Of a stretch of DNA of 64,000 nt, positions 10,072 through 20,351 are shown one piece after another (the first letter of the stretch is position 1; each line of letters opens with the position of its first letter). The translations under genes and the position numbers were made by a program. A model generated the notes under the pieces. That model searched no databases. It was not told where the DNA came from and saw only the letters and a program-made list of their open reading frames with translations. This stretch comes from an uncultured Gammaproteobacteria bacterium (GTDB taxonomy: Bacteria; Pseudomonadota; Gammaproteobacteria; Pseudomonadales; Pseudohongiellaceae): positions 471-64,470 of the forward strand of contig CAJXIY010000003.1 in NCBI GenBank assembly GCA_913054495.1, read 5' to 3'.

Positions 10072-10195
10072 GCTCTTAAGGGCCTCTTATCCCGGTTAAT
10101 CTGCTCTTAAGAGCGTATCAAGGTTTCGTGGCAACAACAAGAGCAATCCGCTCTTAAGAACAGGTTAAGTGATTTAAGGAGCTCATAAGAAGAGC
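10072..10195 (-). promoter_or_regulatory. putative HipB operator array (GCTCTTAAGAGC palindromes)
   Basis: A perfect 12-bp palindrome, GCTCTTAAGAGC, lies at 10103-10114. 11/12 copies lie at 10072-10083 and 10150-10161, and a degenerate copy (GCTCATAAGAAGAGC) at 10181-10195. All are within 130 bp upstream of the hipB start. Confidence 0.5.
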
Positions 10196-10471
10196 ATATT
10201 TAGGGTGTTTTGAGTTAGATATTGAAGTCTTGTACATCGCCAAAACCTTTTGGACTAATCCCTTCCTAATATAAGCGGAAATTTAGCTCATCTGGGCTAG
10301 TGGCTTTTCATAGAACCAGGTTAGCGCTCAATCTAGCCCTGTGATTGGGGGTTATAGGGCCAGTCAGTAGGTAAGTTTAAAGTCGGCTTCGGTGGATGCG
10401 CTATTGATTGAATGCGCAGCCAAGCAATCACGATCTGATCCCATATTCCCTATTTTATTTGCTGCATCTGG

Positions 10472-13189
10472 CTATCGCACCGGTCGCGCATGGGCTGCAC
10501 CCCGAAAAATCGCGTTCATCAGCATCACATTGAGTCCGTCCATATAGGCTCTGACCGTTGGATCCTGGGTAAAGGCAATCACCTGCCCGGCGCCCTGAGA
10601 CTGTGACACCAGGAACGGTTTGTAAGCCAATTGACGCCGGTTCTCTTCCCAGAGGTAGCCACTGGCAAGCAGATCATCGGGGCCCTGAAATCTGGCCACA
10701 TTGAAGCCATCGTTTAGCCTGATCGGTGTATACACATCGGTGCCCCGCACCAGCACGTTCACCACCGGGGCGACACCGGCGGTCAACCAGTGCTCCTGAT
10801 CGACATCGGCCCGCACCAGCACGCCGGCTACCGAATCCGGGTCATCATCCAGGGGAATAATCTGCTCTTCGTATTCTTCCAGTTCGGTCAGATATTGGCC
10901 GTCAACCGTGGCTTCTTCGGAATCCTCATCGTCTTTTTCATCTTCTTCCACTTCCACCACGGCTTTCTCTCGCCTGATAGCGATCAGATCTACATCCGGA
11001 TCTGCCAGGAATCGAGTCGCATTGCCAAGACTGATGAGCACACCGCCACGCTCTACCCAGCCTTTGAGATTGTCGATTCCAGATTTCCCCAGGGCCGCCT
11101 TGTAACCGGCACCGTTCATCAGCGGTAGGATCAATACCTGGTAACGGCTCAGATCGGCCGTGCGTAATCGACTAACGCGGATTGGTGTGACCGGAAAATC
11201 GAATTGCCTCTCGATCACGAATCGCGTGTTGCCCGCACTATACGACGCCGTGGGCCGGTCCCAGGCCATGGCTATTTTTGGCATGTTGAAGCGAACTACA
11301 TTGGCGCTGCCGAAACTCGGACCATCGGTTACCCAACTGTCGTTAACCGATACCACATTGGCTCCAGTCTGCGCCGCGAGTGACTCGACTATCCCATGAA
11401 TATCAGGTGGATTATCAGTCACATCCAGGATCAGTGTGCCTGCAGGATATTCGGCTTCTATGTTGGTAAAAGCCTTGTCGTTGCTCTTCACGGACAGGCC
11501 TGCGCGCAAGGCCCCCGCCAGAAAACGTACCGCAGGTGCCGAACCCCAGGGCACAAGGTAAGCCACCGATGCCTGGCCGCCGCTGATGCTGCCGGGTTGA
11601 ACCAGGTCAGTACCGATTAATTCAAAATCACCGGAAGGAACACGATTACAGGTGTGGGTTTCGACATTCATCATCAAGGGCAGTGACCAGGCGGTCACAT
11701 CGTATATCTCATCGGGCAGATTGCGCGCGCGTCGACGTTCCTGTTCGGCAAGAAATTCCGCTTCCATAGAGACTTCCACGTCCAACAGCGTGCGAATGAA
11801 TCGTTTCGCCGGCTGGTCTGTTCTGATTACAAAGCTTCCCGCTGCATAGGACTCACCACAGGCATTGAATTCAGCCTGGGCACGACCGACTTCCACATCC
11901 TGCCGGCTCAACAGACCCGCAAGCTTGTTGGCGGCAGCCTGATCATTCTGGGTCGGCAAGATGTAGGCTCGAATGTCTTCATCCTCACCTTCTTCGATCG
12001 CCGAGACGCGGAAATTGTAAAAATCGGTAAGGAATTTTTCTCTATTGTTGGCGACTGTTTCAGCCGTGGACAATGAGGTTACAAAATGGTTTCTCACCGT
12101 GTAGCGGTAATGTAATTCATTGCCATCATATTGCCTTACTACCAGTCCCCGGGCCGAAGCCTGCTCGTAGGTCATGGCGATACTGCCAAAATAAGAGGGC
12201 CAACTGGCACCGTAGCCGGGATAGAAGGCATCGTAGACTTCGCGAGTAAAGTAGTCGAAGCCATACATATCGAAATAGCGTGCATTATTGCGACCGAACA
12301 ACTGCAGAGATGCGCGTTGATCTTCTGCCAGGTGTGGATTGTAGGGAATAGCCTCCGGTGCGAAGAAATAGGTGCCATCCGAGCCCATCTCATGAGCATC
12401 CACATAGGCGACGGGATACCATTGCAGCATCGCCGCAGTACGCCCCTGGGTTTCTGGTTGGGTTTGGATGAACCAGTCCCGGTTCATGTCAAATAGATAA
12501 TGATTGGTACGACCGCCGGGCCAGGGTTCGTCATGTTCGGCAGCGAGTCGGTCCGAGTCTGGCACCAGGCCCTCGGCGATTTCGAAATTGTGGATGAACC
12601 GATCCCGCCCGTCGGGATTCTGCATAGGGTCGATGACAACAACGGTGTTGGCCATGATGTCTGCTACACGTGCATCATTTTGCGAGGAGAGCAGATGGTA
12701 GGCCGTTAACATGGCGGCGTCGGTGGAGGATATCTCGTTGCCATGCACACCATAGGATAGCCAGGTCACCGCCGCCTGTGACTCGATAATCTGCGCCGCG
12801 TCATCCTCATCGGTGATACGGGGATCGGCGAGGCGCTGCATATTGGATTTAATCGCATCGAGATTGGCAATATTCTCAGGGGCCGAAACTACCGCAAGAA
12901 TCAATTCGCGATTTTCCCAACTTCTTGCATATTCGGTAATCACCATTCGCTCCGGAGCCGCCGCGGCCAGGGCCTCAAAGTATCGAATTACGTCGCGGTG
13001 CCAGGTAATTCTGTCACCCGGCGCGTAACCGAGCACGGCTTCCACGGTAGGGATAGTCGGGTCATATTGCGCATCTGGCCAGTACACAAACTTTTCCTGC
13101 GCCAAAATTGATGAAATCGGCATCGAGCCGAACACCAGCGTCAGCAGCATGGGAAGTGAACATCGAAGTGAAGTGAATTTTATTTTCAT
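10472..13189 (-). CDS. M14-family zinc carboxypeptidase-like protein, secreted, large form
   Basis: 905 aa with a signal peptide. It carries the YGVHGNEISS zinc-ligand motif typical of M14 and the downstream DAHEMG motif. There is an acidic insert near the C-terminus. Confidence 0.8.
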   Translation of the reverse strand: MKIKFTSLRCSLPMLLTLVFGSMPISSILAQEKFVYWPDAQYDPTIPTVEAVLGYAPGDRITWHRDVIRYFEALAAAAPERMVITEYARSWENRELILAVVSAPENIANLDAIKSNMQRLADPRITDEDDAAQIIESQAAVTWLSYGVHGNEISSTDAAMLTAYHLLSSQNDARVADIMANTVVVIDPMQNPDGRDRFIHNFEIAEGLVPDSDRLAAEHDEPWPGGRTNHYLFDMNRDWFIQTQPETQGRTAAMLQWYPVAYVDAHEMGSDGTYFFAPEAIPYNPHLAEDQRASLQLFGRNNARYFDMYGFDYFTREVYDAFYPGYGASWPSYFGSIAMTYEQASARGLVVRQYDGNELHYRYTVRNHFVTSLSTAETVANNREKFLTDFYNFRVSAIEEGEDEDIRAYILPTQNDQAAANKLAGLLSRQDVEVGRAQAEFNACGESYAAGSFVIRTDQPAKRFIRTLLDVEVSMEAEFLAEQERRRARNLPDEIYDVTAWSLPLMMNVETHTCNRVPSGDFELIGTDLVQPGSISGGQASVAYLVPWGSAPAVRFLAGALRAGLSVKSNDKAFTNIEAEYPAGTLILDVTDNPPDIHGIVESLAAQTGANVVSVNDSWVTDGPSFGSANVVRFNMPKIAMAWDRPTASYSAGNTRFVIERQFDFPVTPIRVSRLRTADLSRYQVLILPLMNGAGYKAALGKSGIDNLKGWVERGGVLISLGNATRFLADPDVDLIAIRREKAVVEVEEDEKDDEDSEEATVDGQYLTELEEYEEQIIPLDDDPDSVAGVLVRADVDQEHWLTAGVAPVVNVLVRGTDVYTPIRLNDGFNVARFQGPDDLLASGYLWEENRRQLAYKPFLVSQSQGAGQVIAFTQDPTVRAYMDGLNVMLMNAIFRGAAHARPVR

Positions 13190-13525
13190 ACCGGTCTCTT
13201 TGTGTTTGTGTTTTCCTGGGTAATGGACACATCTGGATTGTCATTACCTGCGAATTGCTCCGGATCGATGCGCAATGGGACATAAACCGGAGATGAAGCG
13301 CAAAGACTAGCGTTTTTTGGCGCTGCCTTCTACTTCAAACTTATCCATCAATCCGTAGTCTGAGAGGCCGAAAATCGGGGCTTCTCCCTGGTCTATGCCG
13401 CCATAAATTATGTGATATGTCTCCACGCTAAGATATGATCCCACGGCAGAGCTTAATGGTCATGGACGCAAATCCATCCAGGGTTTATTCTGCGGGCTGC
13501 AATTCACACCGAGGAAACCTGAACC

Positions 13526-15211
13526 ATGGCCGGACTACTCTCCAGGGAACGAATTATTGCGCCTGCTGGCTACAATCGTTGGCGCGTGCCACTGGCTTCC
13601 GTAGCCATACATCTGTGCATTGGCTCCGTCTATGCCTGGAGTATTTACAATCCATCGCTGACTCGGCTATTTGGCGGCGTCACCAGTGCCGCGGATGACT
13701 GGAGCCTGAGCGAAGTAGTCTGGGTGTTTACCGTGGCCATCGTCTTCCTCGGGCTGGCCGCCGCGTTCGCGGGCAAGTGGCTGGAGCAGGTAGGTCCGCG
13801 CAAGGTCGGGGTCGTTTCCGCCATCTGTTGGGGTGGTGGTTACATCGTCGGTGGCATTGGCATCGCCACCCATCAGCTGTGGTTGCTGTACTTCGGCTAT
13901 GGTGTCATCGGTGGTTGTGGCCTGGGTCTGGCTTATGTTTCTCCTGTCAGCACCCTGATCAGGTGGTTCCCGGACCGCCGCGGCATGGCCGCGGGCATGG
14001 CGATCATGGGCTTTGGCGGCGGCGCCATGATCGGCACGCCGATGAAAGAATATTTTATCAGGCTGTTCTACCGGGCACCGGATTTTCTTGGCGCCATTGG
14101 CGACGTCGAGCTTGTTACCCAGGCGGGCAGGCGCTTCGCCGAAGTCGCCGGCGTATTGCAGGAGGTGGTGGTGGCGGGCGCAGCCGAAGTGCGCGACATG
14201 ACAATACCCGGTCCGGAGGGGGTCTATCTGGTGAATTCTGGCAGCTCCGGTGTTGCCGAAACCTTCTTCATCATCGGCTTGATTTACCTGGTGGTGATGT
14301 TGTTGGCGGCATTCTCCTATCGCTTGCCGGCAGAGGATTGGAAGCCCGAGGGCTGGCAGGAGCCCGATGCGGACCAGCGCCATGCACTTATTTCTGGCAA
14401 CGATGTCGATATCGACCAGGCGCTGAAGACCCCTCAGTTTTATCAACTCTGGATCGTACTCTGTCTCAATGTCACCGCCGGGATCGGCGTCCTCGGCGTC
14501 GCCAGAACCATGATCACGGAAATCTTCGGCACCACCCTGCCGGGTACGGTCGATACGGCTTTTGCCGCGACCTATGTGGTGATGATCAGCGCGTTTAATA
14601 TGGTGGGGAGATTTATCTGGGCCAGCGCATCGGACTATATTGGTCGTCGTAATACCTACTGGATTTTCTTCGTGCTCGGGATCGCCCTGTATCTGTCGGT
14701 TCCATATACCGCAGCCCAGGTCAGCGTCAACCAGTCTGTGGTTTGGCTAGTCTATTTCTATGGGGCGACCATGATTATTTTTACCATGTACGGTGGCGGC
14801 TTTGCCACGATTCCTGCCTATCTAGCAGATATATTCGGCACCCGCTATGTCGGGGGCATTCACGGTCGCCTGTTAACCGCCTGGAGCACCGCTGGTGTAC
14901 TGGGGCCGCTGGCCATTACTTCACTGCGCCAGAACTCGGTGAACAATGCGATTACTGACTTGATGACCCGTATCGATCCCGCTGCGTTCCGAGCACAATT
15001 CGGTGCGCCTGTGGATCAGCTGCAATTATTAGTGGAACAGAACTCGGTGACGATTGCACGACTGATGGAGATTGTGCCGCCGGGCACAGTCGATCCCACC
15101 AGCGGACTTTACAATTCAACCATGGTATTGATGGCGGCGCTTCTCGCTATCGCCCTGGTTAGTAATGCCTTGATGCGACCGGTAGACGCGAAGCATCATA
15201 TTGTTGATTAA
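13526..15211 (+). CDS. MFS transporter, oxalate/formate antiporter (OFA)-like
   Basis: 561 aa with roughly 12 or more hydrophobic segments. The N-terminus YNRWRVPLASVAIHLCIGSVYAWS is characteristic of OFA/L-lactate-type MFS proteins. Confidence 0.75.
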   Translation: MAGLLSRERIIAPAGYNRWRVPLASVAIHLCIGSVYAWSIYNPSLTRLFGGVTSAADDWSLSEVVWVFTVAIVFLGLAAAFAGKWLEQVGPRKVGVVSAICWGGGYIVGGIGIATHQLWLLYFGYGVIGGCGLGLAYVSPVSTLIRWFPDRRGMAAGMAIMGFGGGAMIGTPMKEYFIRLFYRAPDFLGAIGDVELVTQAGRRFAEVAGVLQEVVVAGAAEVRDMTIPGPEGVYLVNSGSSGVAETFFIIGLIYLVVMLLAAFSYRLPAEDWKPEGWQEPDADQRHALISGNDVDIDQALKTPQFYQLWIVLCLNVTAGIGVLGVARTMITEIFGTTLPGTVDTAFAATYVVMISAFNMVGRFIWASASDYIGRRNTYWIFFVLGIALYLSVPYTAAQVSVNQSVVWLVYFYGATMIIFTMYGGGFATIPAYLADIFGTRYVGGIHGRLLTAWSTAGVLGPLAITSLRQNSVNNAITDLMTRIDPAAFRAQFGAPVDQLQLLVEQNSVTIARLMEIVPPGTVDPTSGLYNSTMVLMAALLAIALVSNALMRPVDAKHHIVD

Positions 15212-15251
15212 GTGAGAGTTTTTTCCGCACAGCATCGATAGGAAGTTCCAA

Positions 15252-16043
15252 TTGTTATTACACACGAGCTGCGAATTAAGTTTTGAAATTTCGGTACCGA
15301 CGCCCTTCGTGCTGATGCTGCGTCCCCGTGGTGATTATCAGCAAGAGGTTACACGGGAAGAGTACAATCTGGATCCTGCGACGCCCATGGTCGAGTTTAC
15401 AGATGGCTATGGCAACCTTTGTCAGCGCTTGATAGCGCCGCCGGGAGTCTTCACTATTGCCACCGCTGCCGATGTGATTACGGCGCAGAACGTAGACAGG
15501 AAACCGGGGGCAGAGTTTGTCGAGGTACAGAAGCTTCCAGAGGCTATGCTCAGTTACCTGCTGCCCAGTCGCTATTGTGAGTCGGACCGATTCGGCGCGA
15601 TGGCGAAAGAAATTACTGCGGGCCATAAGCTGGGCTATGACCAGGTTGCCGCCATCGAAGATTGGTTGCGCACCAGGATCCGCTTTGAACCCAGAAGCAG
15701 TGACATCCCGGTTTCAGCGACGGAAGTCAATAGCAGGCAGTCGGGGGTTTGTCGTGACCTGTCCCACCTCGGCATCGCTCTGTGTCGCAGCCTGACGATT
15801 CCAGCTCGCCTCATAGTCGGCTATAGATATCAGTTACAGCCAATGGACTTGCACGCCTGGTTCGAGGCCTATGTGGGCGGCTGCTGGTACACCTTCGACG
15901 CCGTGCAAACCGATACCAAGGGAGGCTACGTGGTAGTCGGCATCGGTAAAGATGCGGCCGATGTGGCTATTTATAATCAGTTTGGCCCGCCGGTGTTTCC
16001 TATCGTGCATAAAATCGGCGTGGATCTCCTTGCCTCCGATTAG
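15252..16043 (+). CDS. transglutaminase-like cysteine protease-fold protein
   Basis: 263 aa. The GVCRDLSHLGIALCRSLTIPARLIVGY core carries the catalytic Cys, with downstream His and Asp. The start is TTG, preceded by AGGAAG. Confidence 0.8.
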   Translation: MLLHTSCELSFEISVPTPFVLMLRPRGDYQQEVTREEYNLDPATPMVEFTDGYGNLCQRLIAPPGVFTIATAADVITAQNVDRKPGAEFVEVQKLPEAMLSYLLPSRYCESDRFGAMAKEITAGHKLGYDQVAAIEDWLRTRIRFEPRSSDIPVSATEVNSRQSGVCRDLSHLGIALCRSLTIPARLIVGYRYQLQPMDLHAWFEAYVGGCWYTFDAVQTDTKGGYVVVGIGKDAADVAIYNQFGPPVFPIVHKIGVDLLASD

Positions 16044-16129
16044 GCGGTGAGACCTGTAAACAGGTGCCAATAAGGACGCAGGAAATAAACATATTCCCCC
16101 CGTCCCTATTTATTGCCCGTTATCTACGA

Positions 16130-18586
16130 CTATAGTTTTACGTGTCGGAGTCTGAGGGCATTGGTAATCACGGATACGGAACTAAAGCTCATCGCCGCCG
16201 CCGCTATCATGGGCGATAGCAGGATGCCGAAAAACGGATACAGGAGGCCGGCGGCAACCGGTATACCCGCCGCGTTATAGATAAAGGCGAAGAACAGGTT
16301 CTGCCTGATATTACGCATAGTGGACTGACTTAGGCGTCTGGCGCGCACGATTCCACGCAAATCTCCTTTAACCAGGGTGACGCCTGCGCTTTCCATCGCT
16401 ACATCGGTTCCCGTTCCCATGGCAATGCCGACATGGGCCTGAGCGAGGGCCGGGGCATCGTTGATACCATCGCCCGCCATGGCAACGATATGACCCTGCA
16501 TCTGTAATTGACTAACGGCATCGACTTTCTGCTCAGGCATTACTTCCGCCTGAACCTGGTCGATGTCGAGTTGACTGGCGACGGCAGTAGCGGTGGCGCT
16601 GCTGTCACCGGTGAGCATGACAATCTTGATGCCCGCGGCATGCAGGTCACGAATAGCTTCCGGGGTGGACACCTTGATAGGATCGGCGACGCCGATCAGG
16701 CCCGCCGCCTCGCCATCGATAGCGATCAGCATGACAGTCGAGCCGTCAGCGCGCTGTCGATTCGCGCGCTGAGATAGTTCTTTTGCGTCAATACCCAGAC
16801 TTTCCAACAATTTGGCATTGCCTAGAGCTACCTCATGTCCATCGACCTGTCCCTTAACGCCCTGGCCAGTGACGGATTGAAAATTTGCCGCCTTGAGCAA
16901 AGCCACGCCCCTATCCTGGGCGCCACTGACGATGGCCTCGGCCAGTGGGTGTTCGCTGGCGCGTTCGAGGCTGGCTGCCAGGCTCAACACCGTATCCTCA
17001 CTAAACCCAGTCTCGGCGCGAACTGCAACCAGTTTGGGTTTGCCTTCGGTCAGCGTGCCAGTCTTGTCGACCACCAGTGTGTCCACTTTTTCCATGATCT
17101 CTAGCGCCTCGGCGTTTTTGATCAAGACCCCGGCGATGGCGCCACGACCGGTTCCCACCATGATCGAAATAGGTGTAGCCAGGCCCAATGCACAGGGGCA
17201 GGCGATGATGAGTACAGCCACCGCGTTAACGATGGCATAGGCCAATCGCGGTTCCGGCCCCCATATCCACCAGCAGAAAAATGAAATCGCGGCGCAGGCA
17301 ACCACCGCCGGCACAAAGTAAGATGCGACGACGTCTGCCAGTTTCTGAATCGGTGCGCGTGATCTCTGTGCCTCTGCCACCATGTTGACAATTTGCGCGA
17401 GCAGGGAATCTGCCCCTACCTTCTCTACTCGCATTAATAAACTTCCCGTTCCATTAACTGTTGCGCCAATGAGTTTTTCGCCGGCGTGTTTTGCGATGGG
17501 GATGGGTTCGCCGGTGACCATGGATTCATCCACACTGCTTTCACCTTCGATGACGATGCCATCTACGGGTATCTTCTCGCCCGGGCGAACCCGCAGGGTA
17601 TCTCCAGGCTGCACACGCTGCAGCAGAATGTCTTCTTCCGTGCCGTCTTCGCGCACGATTCGTGCGGAGTTTGGAGCCAGGCCGAGCAACAGTTGAATGG
17701 CGGCATTGGTGCGGGAGCGGGCCCGAAGTTCGAGCACCTGTCCCAGCAGCACCAGCGCGATGATGACGGCGGCCGCCTCAAAATAAACCTCCACCAGTCC
17801 ACCTTCCATTTGCATGATGGGGGGGAAGACCTGAGGCAGCAACAACGCCACCACGCTATATACCCAGGCCACGGAAACGCCAAGTGAGATCAAGGTAAAC
17901 ATGTTGAGATTCCACGTCACAACAGATTGCCAGCCGCGCACAAAAAATGGCCAGCCACCCCACAGCACCACGGGTGTTGCCAGCACAAATTCAATCCACT
18001 GCACGCTATGCATGGAGAGGCCGGCGGGGAGTAATCGCGGCAGCATATCCGCCGTCATCGCCAGAATCAGTATGGGAAGGGCGAGCAGTGCGCTCCACCA
18101 GAAACGTCGGCTCATGGCTATGAGTTCTTCATTCTTCTCTTCGACTGCCACCATAGTTGCTTCCAGCGCCATGTCACAGATGGGGCAGTTACCTGGACGG
18201 TCTTGCACAATTTCCGGGTGCATGGGGCAGGTGTACTCGGTTTTAGTCAACGCTACCGGTACCCCCATTCGTTCGAGGGCCATGCCGCACACGGGGCAGG
18301 TGCCAGGGCCCAGTTGTTGGACCTCTGGATCCATCGGGCAGGTATAGGTGGCGGTCTCGTCAGCTTCTTCGGCAACTGGCGTTGCATCCTTGTTCAGGTA
18401 TTGCTGCGGGCTGACACCGAATTTTTTCCGGCAACCGTCACTGCAGAAATAGTATTGAGTGTCGGCATAATTGTGCTGGTGCTGGGAGTCACTCCTCACC
18501 ACCATGCCGCATACCGGGTCGTGTAGTTGAAGCTGCTCTGACTGTGATTCTGCCCTCATGTCATGGTCCTTACTACGAGTCGTCAT
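16130..18586 (-). CDS. copA: heavy-metal (Cu+-type) translocating P1B-type ATPase
   Basis: 818 aa. It has the CPC motif ([12 protein letters not shown]), DKTGTLT and GDGINDAP. The N-terminus has a TRASH/YHS-like CGM...C..GC segment plus two YTCPM-x(11-12)-CPxC(G/D)M units instead of GMTCxxC domains. Confidence 0.9.
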   Translation of the reverse strand: MTTRSKDHDMRAESQSEQLQLHDPVCGMVVRSDSQHQHNYADTQYYFCSDGCRKKFGVSPQQYLNKDATPVAEEADETATYTCPMDPEVQQLGPGTCPVCGMALERMGVPVALTKTEYTCPMHPEIVQDRPGNCPICDMALEATMVAVEEKNEELIAMSRRFWWSALLALPILILAMTADMLPRLLPAGLSMHSVQWIEFVLATPVVLWGGWPFFVRGWQSVVTWNLNMFTLISLGVSVAWVYSVVALLLPQVFPPIMQMEGGLVEVYFEAAAVIIALVLLGQVLELRARSRTNAAIQLLLGLAPNSARIVREDGTEEDILLQRVQPGDTLRVRPGEKIPVDGIVIEGESSVDESMVTGEPIPIAKHAGEKLIGATVNGTGSLLMRVEKVGADSLLAQIVNMVAEAQRSRAPIQKLADVVASYFVPAVVACAAISFFCWWIWGPEPRLAYAIVNAVAVLIIACPCALGLATPISIMVGTGRGAIAGVLIKNAEALEIMEKVDTLVVDKTGTLTEGKPKLVAVRAETGFSEDTVLSLAASLERASEHPLAEAIVSGAQDRGVALLKAANFQSVTGQGVKGQVDGHEVALGNAKLLESLGIDAKELSQRANRQRADGSTVMLIAIDGEAAGLIGVADPIKVSTPEAIRDLHAAGIKIVMLTGDSSATATAVASQLDIDQVQAEVMPEQKVDAVSQLQMQGHIVAMAGDGINDAPALAQAHVGIAMGTGTDVAMESAGVTLVKGDLRGIVRARRLSQSTMRNIRQNLFFAFIYNAAGIPVAAGLLYPFFGILLSPMIAAAAMSFSSVSVITNALRLRHVKL

Positions 18587-18672
18587 TGATTTGATTCTCG
18601 TGAGAGAACGCTGAATTTTTGTCTTCGTCGAAATTGTCGATTAGCCAAAGCTTTTCCTTCTTTCAACAAGAC

Positions 18673-18692
18673 TTGCAGGCGTCCCCAACTAT
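18673..18692 (+). repeat. direct repeat copy 1 (TTGCAGGCGTCCCCAACTAT)
   Basis: 19/20 identical to 20066-20085. It lies in the copA / serine hydrolase intergenic spacer. Confidence 0.7.
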
Positions 18693-18752
18693 TTTACTGT
18701 ACTCTCAGCTTACTTTAGTTCAATCCGAGCGATTATAGGAGAGAGAATTGTA

Positions 18753-19985
18753 ATGAAAAAAATCCTCCCATGTGTTGGCGCTGCCCTGATGTTGTTGATT
18801 TCGATAACAGTAAATGCAGAACCGCCCATTAACGCTATTAAAATGATTCATTCGACTAATTTTGGTATCGATCGCAGCGAGTTGGAGGTAATCAAGTCGC
18901 GAATGCAGGCGGCTGTGGACGATGATCACATCGCCGGTGCTCTGTTGTTAGTTGGCAGTGACCAGGGTGTAGGTGTGGTAGAAACTGTGGGTTATCAGGG
19001 GCCCGACGACAAGACACCGGTCAATCAGGACACCATATTTAGAATTTACTCCATGACCAAGCCCATTGTCAGCGTGGCTACCATGTCTATGGTGGAAGAT
19101 GGCTTGATAAAACTCGACGATCCGGTTTCCAAGTTCATACCGGAATTTGCCGAGCTGAAAGTCATCGATGAGACTACCGGCGAAATCAGCAGAAGCGATA
19201 CCGCTATGACGGTTCAGCATCTGCTGACCCAGGAATCTGGTCTTATCCAGGAGTTCTTTTCTCCGGATAGTAAACTAGGAAAGCTTTATGGAGCGAATGT
19301 CTCCAGCGTCGGCAATACCGCATTACAGCTGGCCCAGAGTCTGGGCAAGCTGCCGGTGTATTTCGAACCCGGCAGCAAGTGGCACTACGGACATTCAACT
19401 GATGTCCTGGGCGCTGTCATCGAAGTTGCAGCCGGTAAACCATTGGATGAACTGCTGCGGGAACGCATTTTCGATCCACTGGGTATGGATGACACCTCTT
19501 TCTATGTGCCAGCCGCTAAAGCCTACCGCATAGCCGAACCGATTCACGGTGAGATGGGAGACAACACCATGGTGAGGCCAATGCTCTCCGGTGGCGGTGG
19601 ACTCAACTCCAGCACCGAGAATTATGTGCGCTTCGCGCAGATGTTACTCAATGGTGGCGTATACCACGGCGCTCGCATTATTGAAGAAGACACCCTGGAA
19701 CTGATGACCCGTAAGTACATCGGCGCGGAGGTGTCCAGAGAGTTCTTCTTTTACGGCGATCGCGGAGACTGGGGCCTGGGCTTTCATCTTCAGCCTACCG
19801 ATGGCAGCAATGCCGATGGTCCACACAATTTTGGTTGGCAAGGCATCGGCGGCACCATTTTTATCGTCGATCCCAACAAGGATTTCTTCATGATTTACAT
19901 GGAGCAGAAGCGCGGCGGGCCGCGGGGATCGCAATTCAATAACAACGTGGCGCAGCAGGTGATTTATAGCGCCATGAGTGAATGA
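18753..19985 (+). CDS. serine hydrolase, beta-lactamase/transpeptidase-like (class C-like esterase family)
   Basis: 410 aa with a signal peptide. S-x-x-K motif YSMTKP. GGAGAG RBS upstream of the ATG. Confidence 0.8.
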   Translation: MKKILPCVGAALMLLISITVNAEPPINAIKMIHSTNFGIDRSELEVIKSRMQAAVDDDHIAGALLLVGSDQGVGVVETVGYQGPDDKTPVNQDTIFRIYSMTKPIVSVATMSMVEDGLIKLDDPVSKFIPEFAELKVIDETTGEISRSDTAMTVQHLLTQESGLIQEFFSPDSKLGKLYGANVSSVGNTALQLAQSLGKLPVYFEPGSKWHYGHSTDVLGAVIEVAAGKPLDELLRERIFDPLGMDDTSFYVPAAKAYRIAEPIHGEMGDNTMVRPMLSGGGGLNSSTENYVRFAQMLLNGGVYHGARIIEEDTLELMTRKYIGAEVSREFFFYGDRGDWGLGFHLQPTDGSNADGPHNFGWQGIGGTIFIVDPNKDFFMIYMEQKRGGPRGSQFNNNVAQQVIYSAMSE

Positions 19986-20065
19986 CAGCGCGGGGTTGGC
20001 GCAGAGGGTATCAGGGTTTGGCTAAATCCTGTTACCTTGCGCCGGATCTATAGACTCGCGAATGG

Positions 20066-20085
20066 TTGCAGGCGTCCCCTACTAT
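20066..20085 (+). repeat. direct repeat copy 2 (TTGCAGGCGTCCCCTACTAT)
   Basis: 19/20 identical to 18673-18692. It lies 81 nt downstream of the serine hydrolase stop codon. Confidence 0.7.
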
Positions 20086-20351
20086 CCTGTCACCTTTGTT
20101 GTAGGCCTTTTTACTGAGGACTCCCTAGTGTGATGCCACGTAAGTCCCCAGTATCAGCAGCAAGATCAACGTGAGGGGTAGTCTCATTGCTGACTTAAGT
20201 TCCGGCTCTTGTTGCTCTGAAATTTCCATACAGAACACACTATCCCATGCCACAACAAATTAGTATGGGAGCAACAAACCATGGTTTTGTATACAGTATT
20301 CCTGCCAGTATTCGATGTGCCTGATAAATAGAAAGAACTATTTAAAGCAGC

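Noticed and set aside
13307-13426. 39-codon minus-strand ORF (GTG start; ...YGGIDQGEAPIFGLSDYGLMDKFEVEGSAKKR) in the M14/MFS divergent spacer
   Set aside because: It has a non-ATG start, no RBS that I can see and no recognisable motif. The evidence is insufficient to call a small protein.
13667-14598. Long ORFs 13667-14446 (minus strand) and 13777-14598 (plus strand, alternative frame) overlapping the OFA-type MFS gene
   Set aside because: Their compositions are Arg/Gly/His-rich and non-membrane-like. The MFS frame gives a coherent 12-TM transporter, so the overlapping frames are artefacts.
15252-16043. Transglutaminase-like gene as the missing third component of the Anbu system
   Set aside because: It lies about 42 kb away, next to an MFS transporter, and is separated from the Anbu genes by dozens of unrelated genes. 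Nothing in the sequence supports a link.
18673-20085. The 20-bp direct repeats read as an IS or transposon target-site duplication
   Set aside because: No transposase, integrase or terminal inverted repeats lie between the copies, and 20 bp is longer than typical target duplications. I kept it as a finding only as a possible cassette junction or operator.
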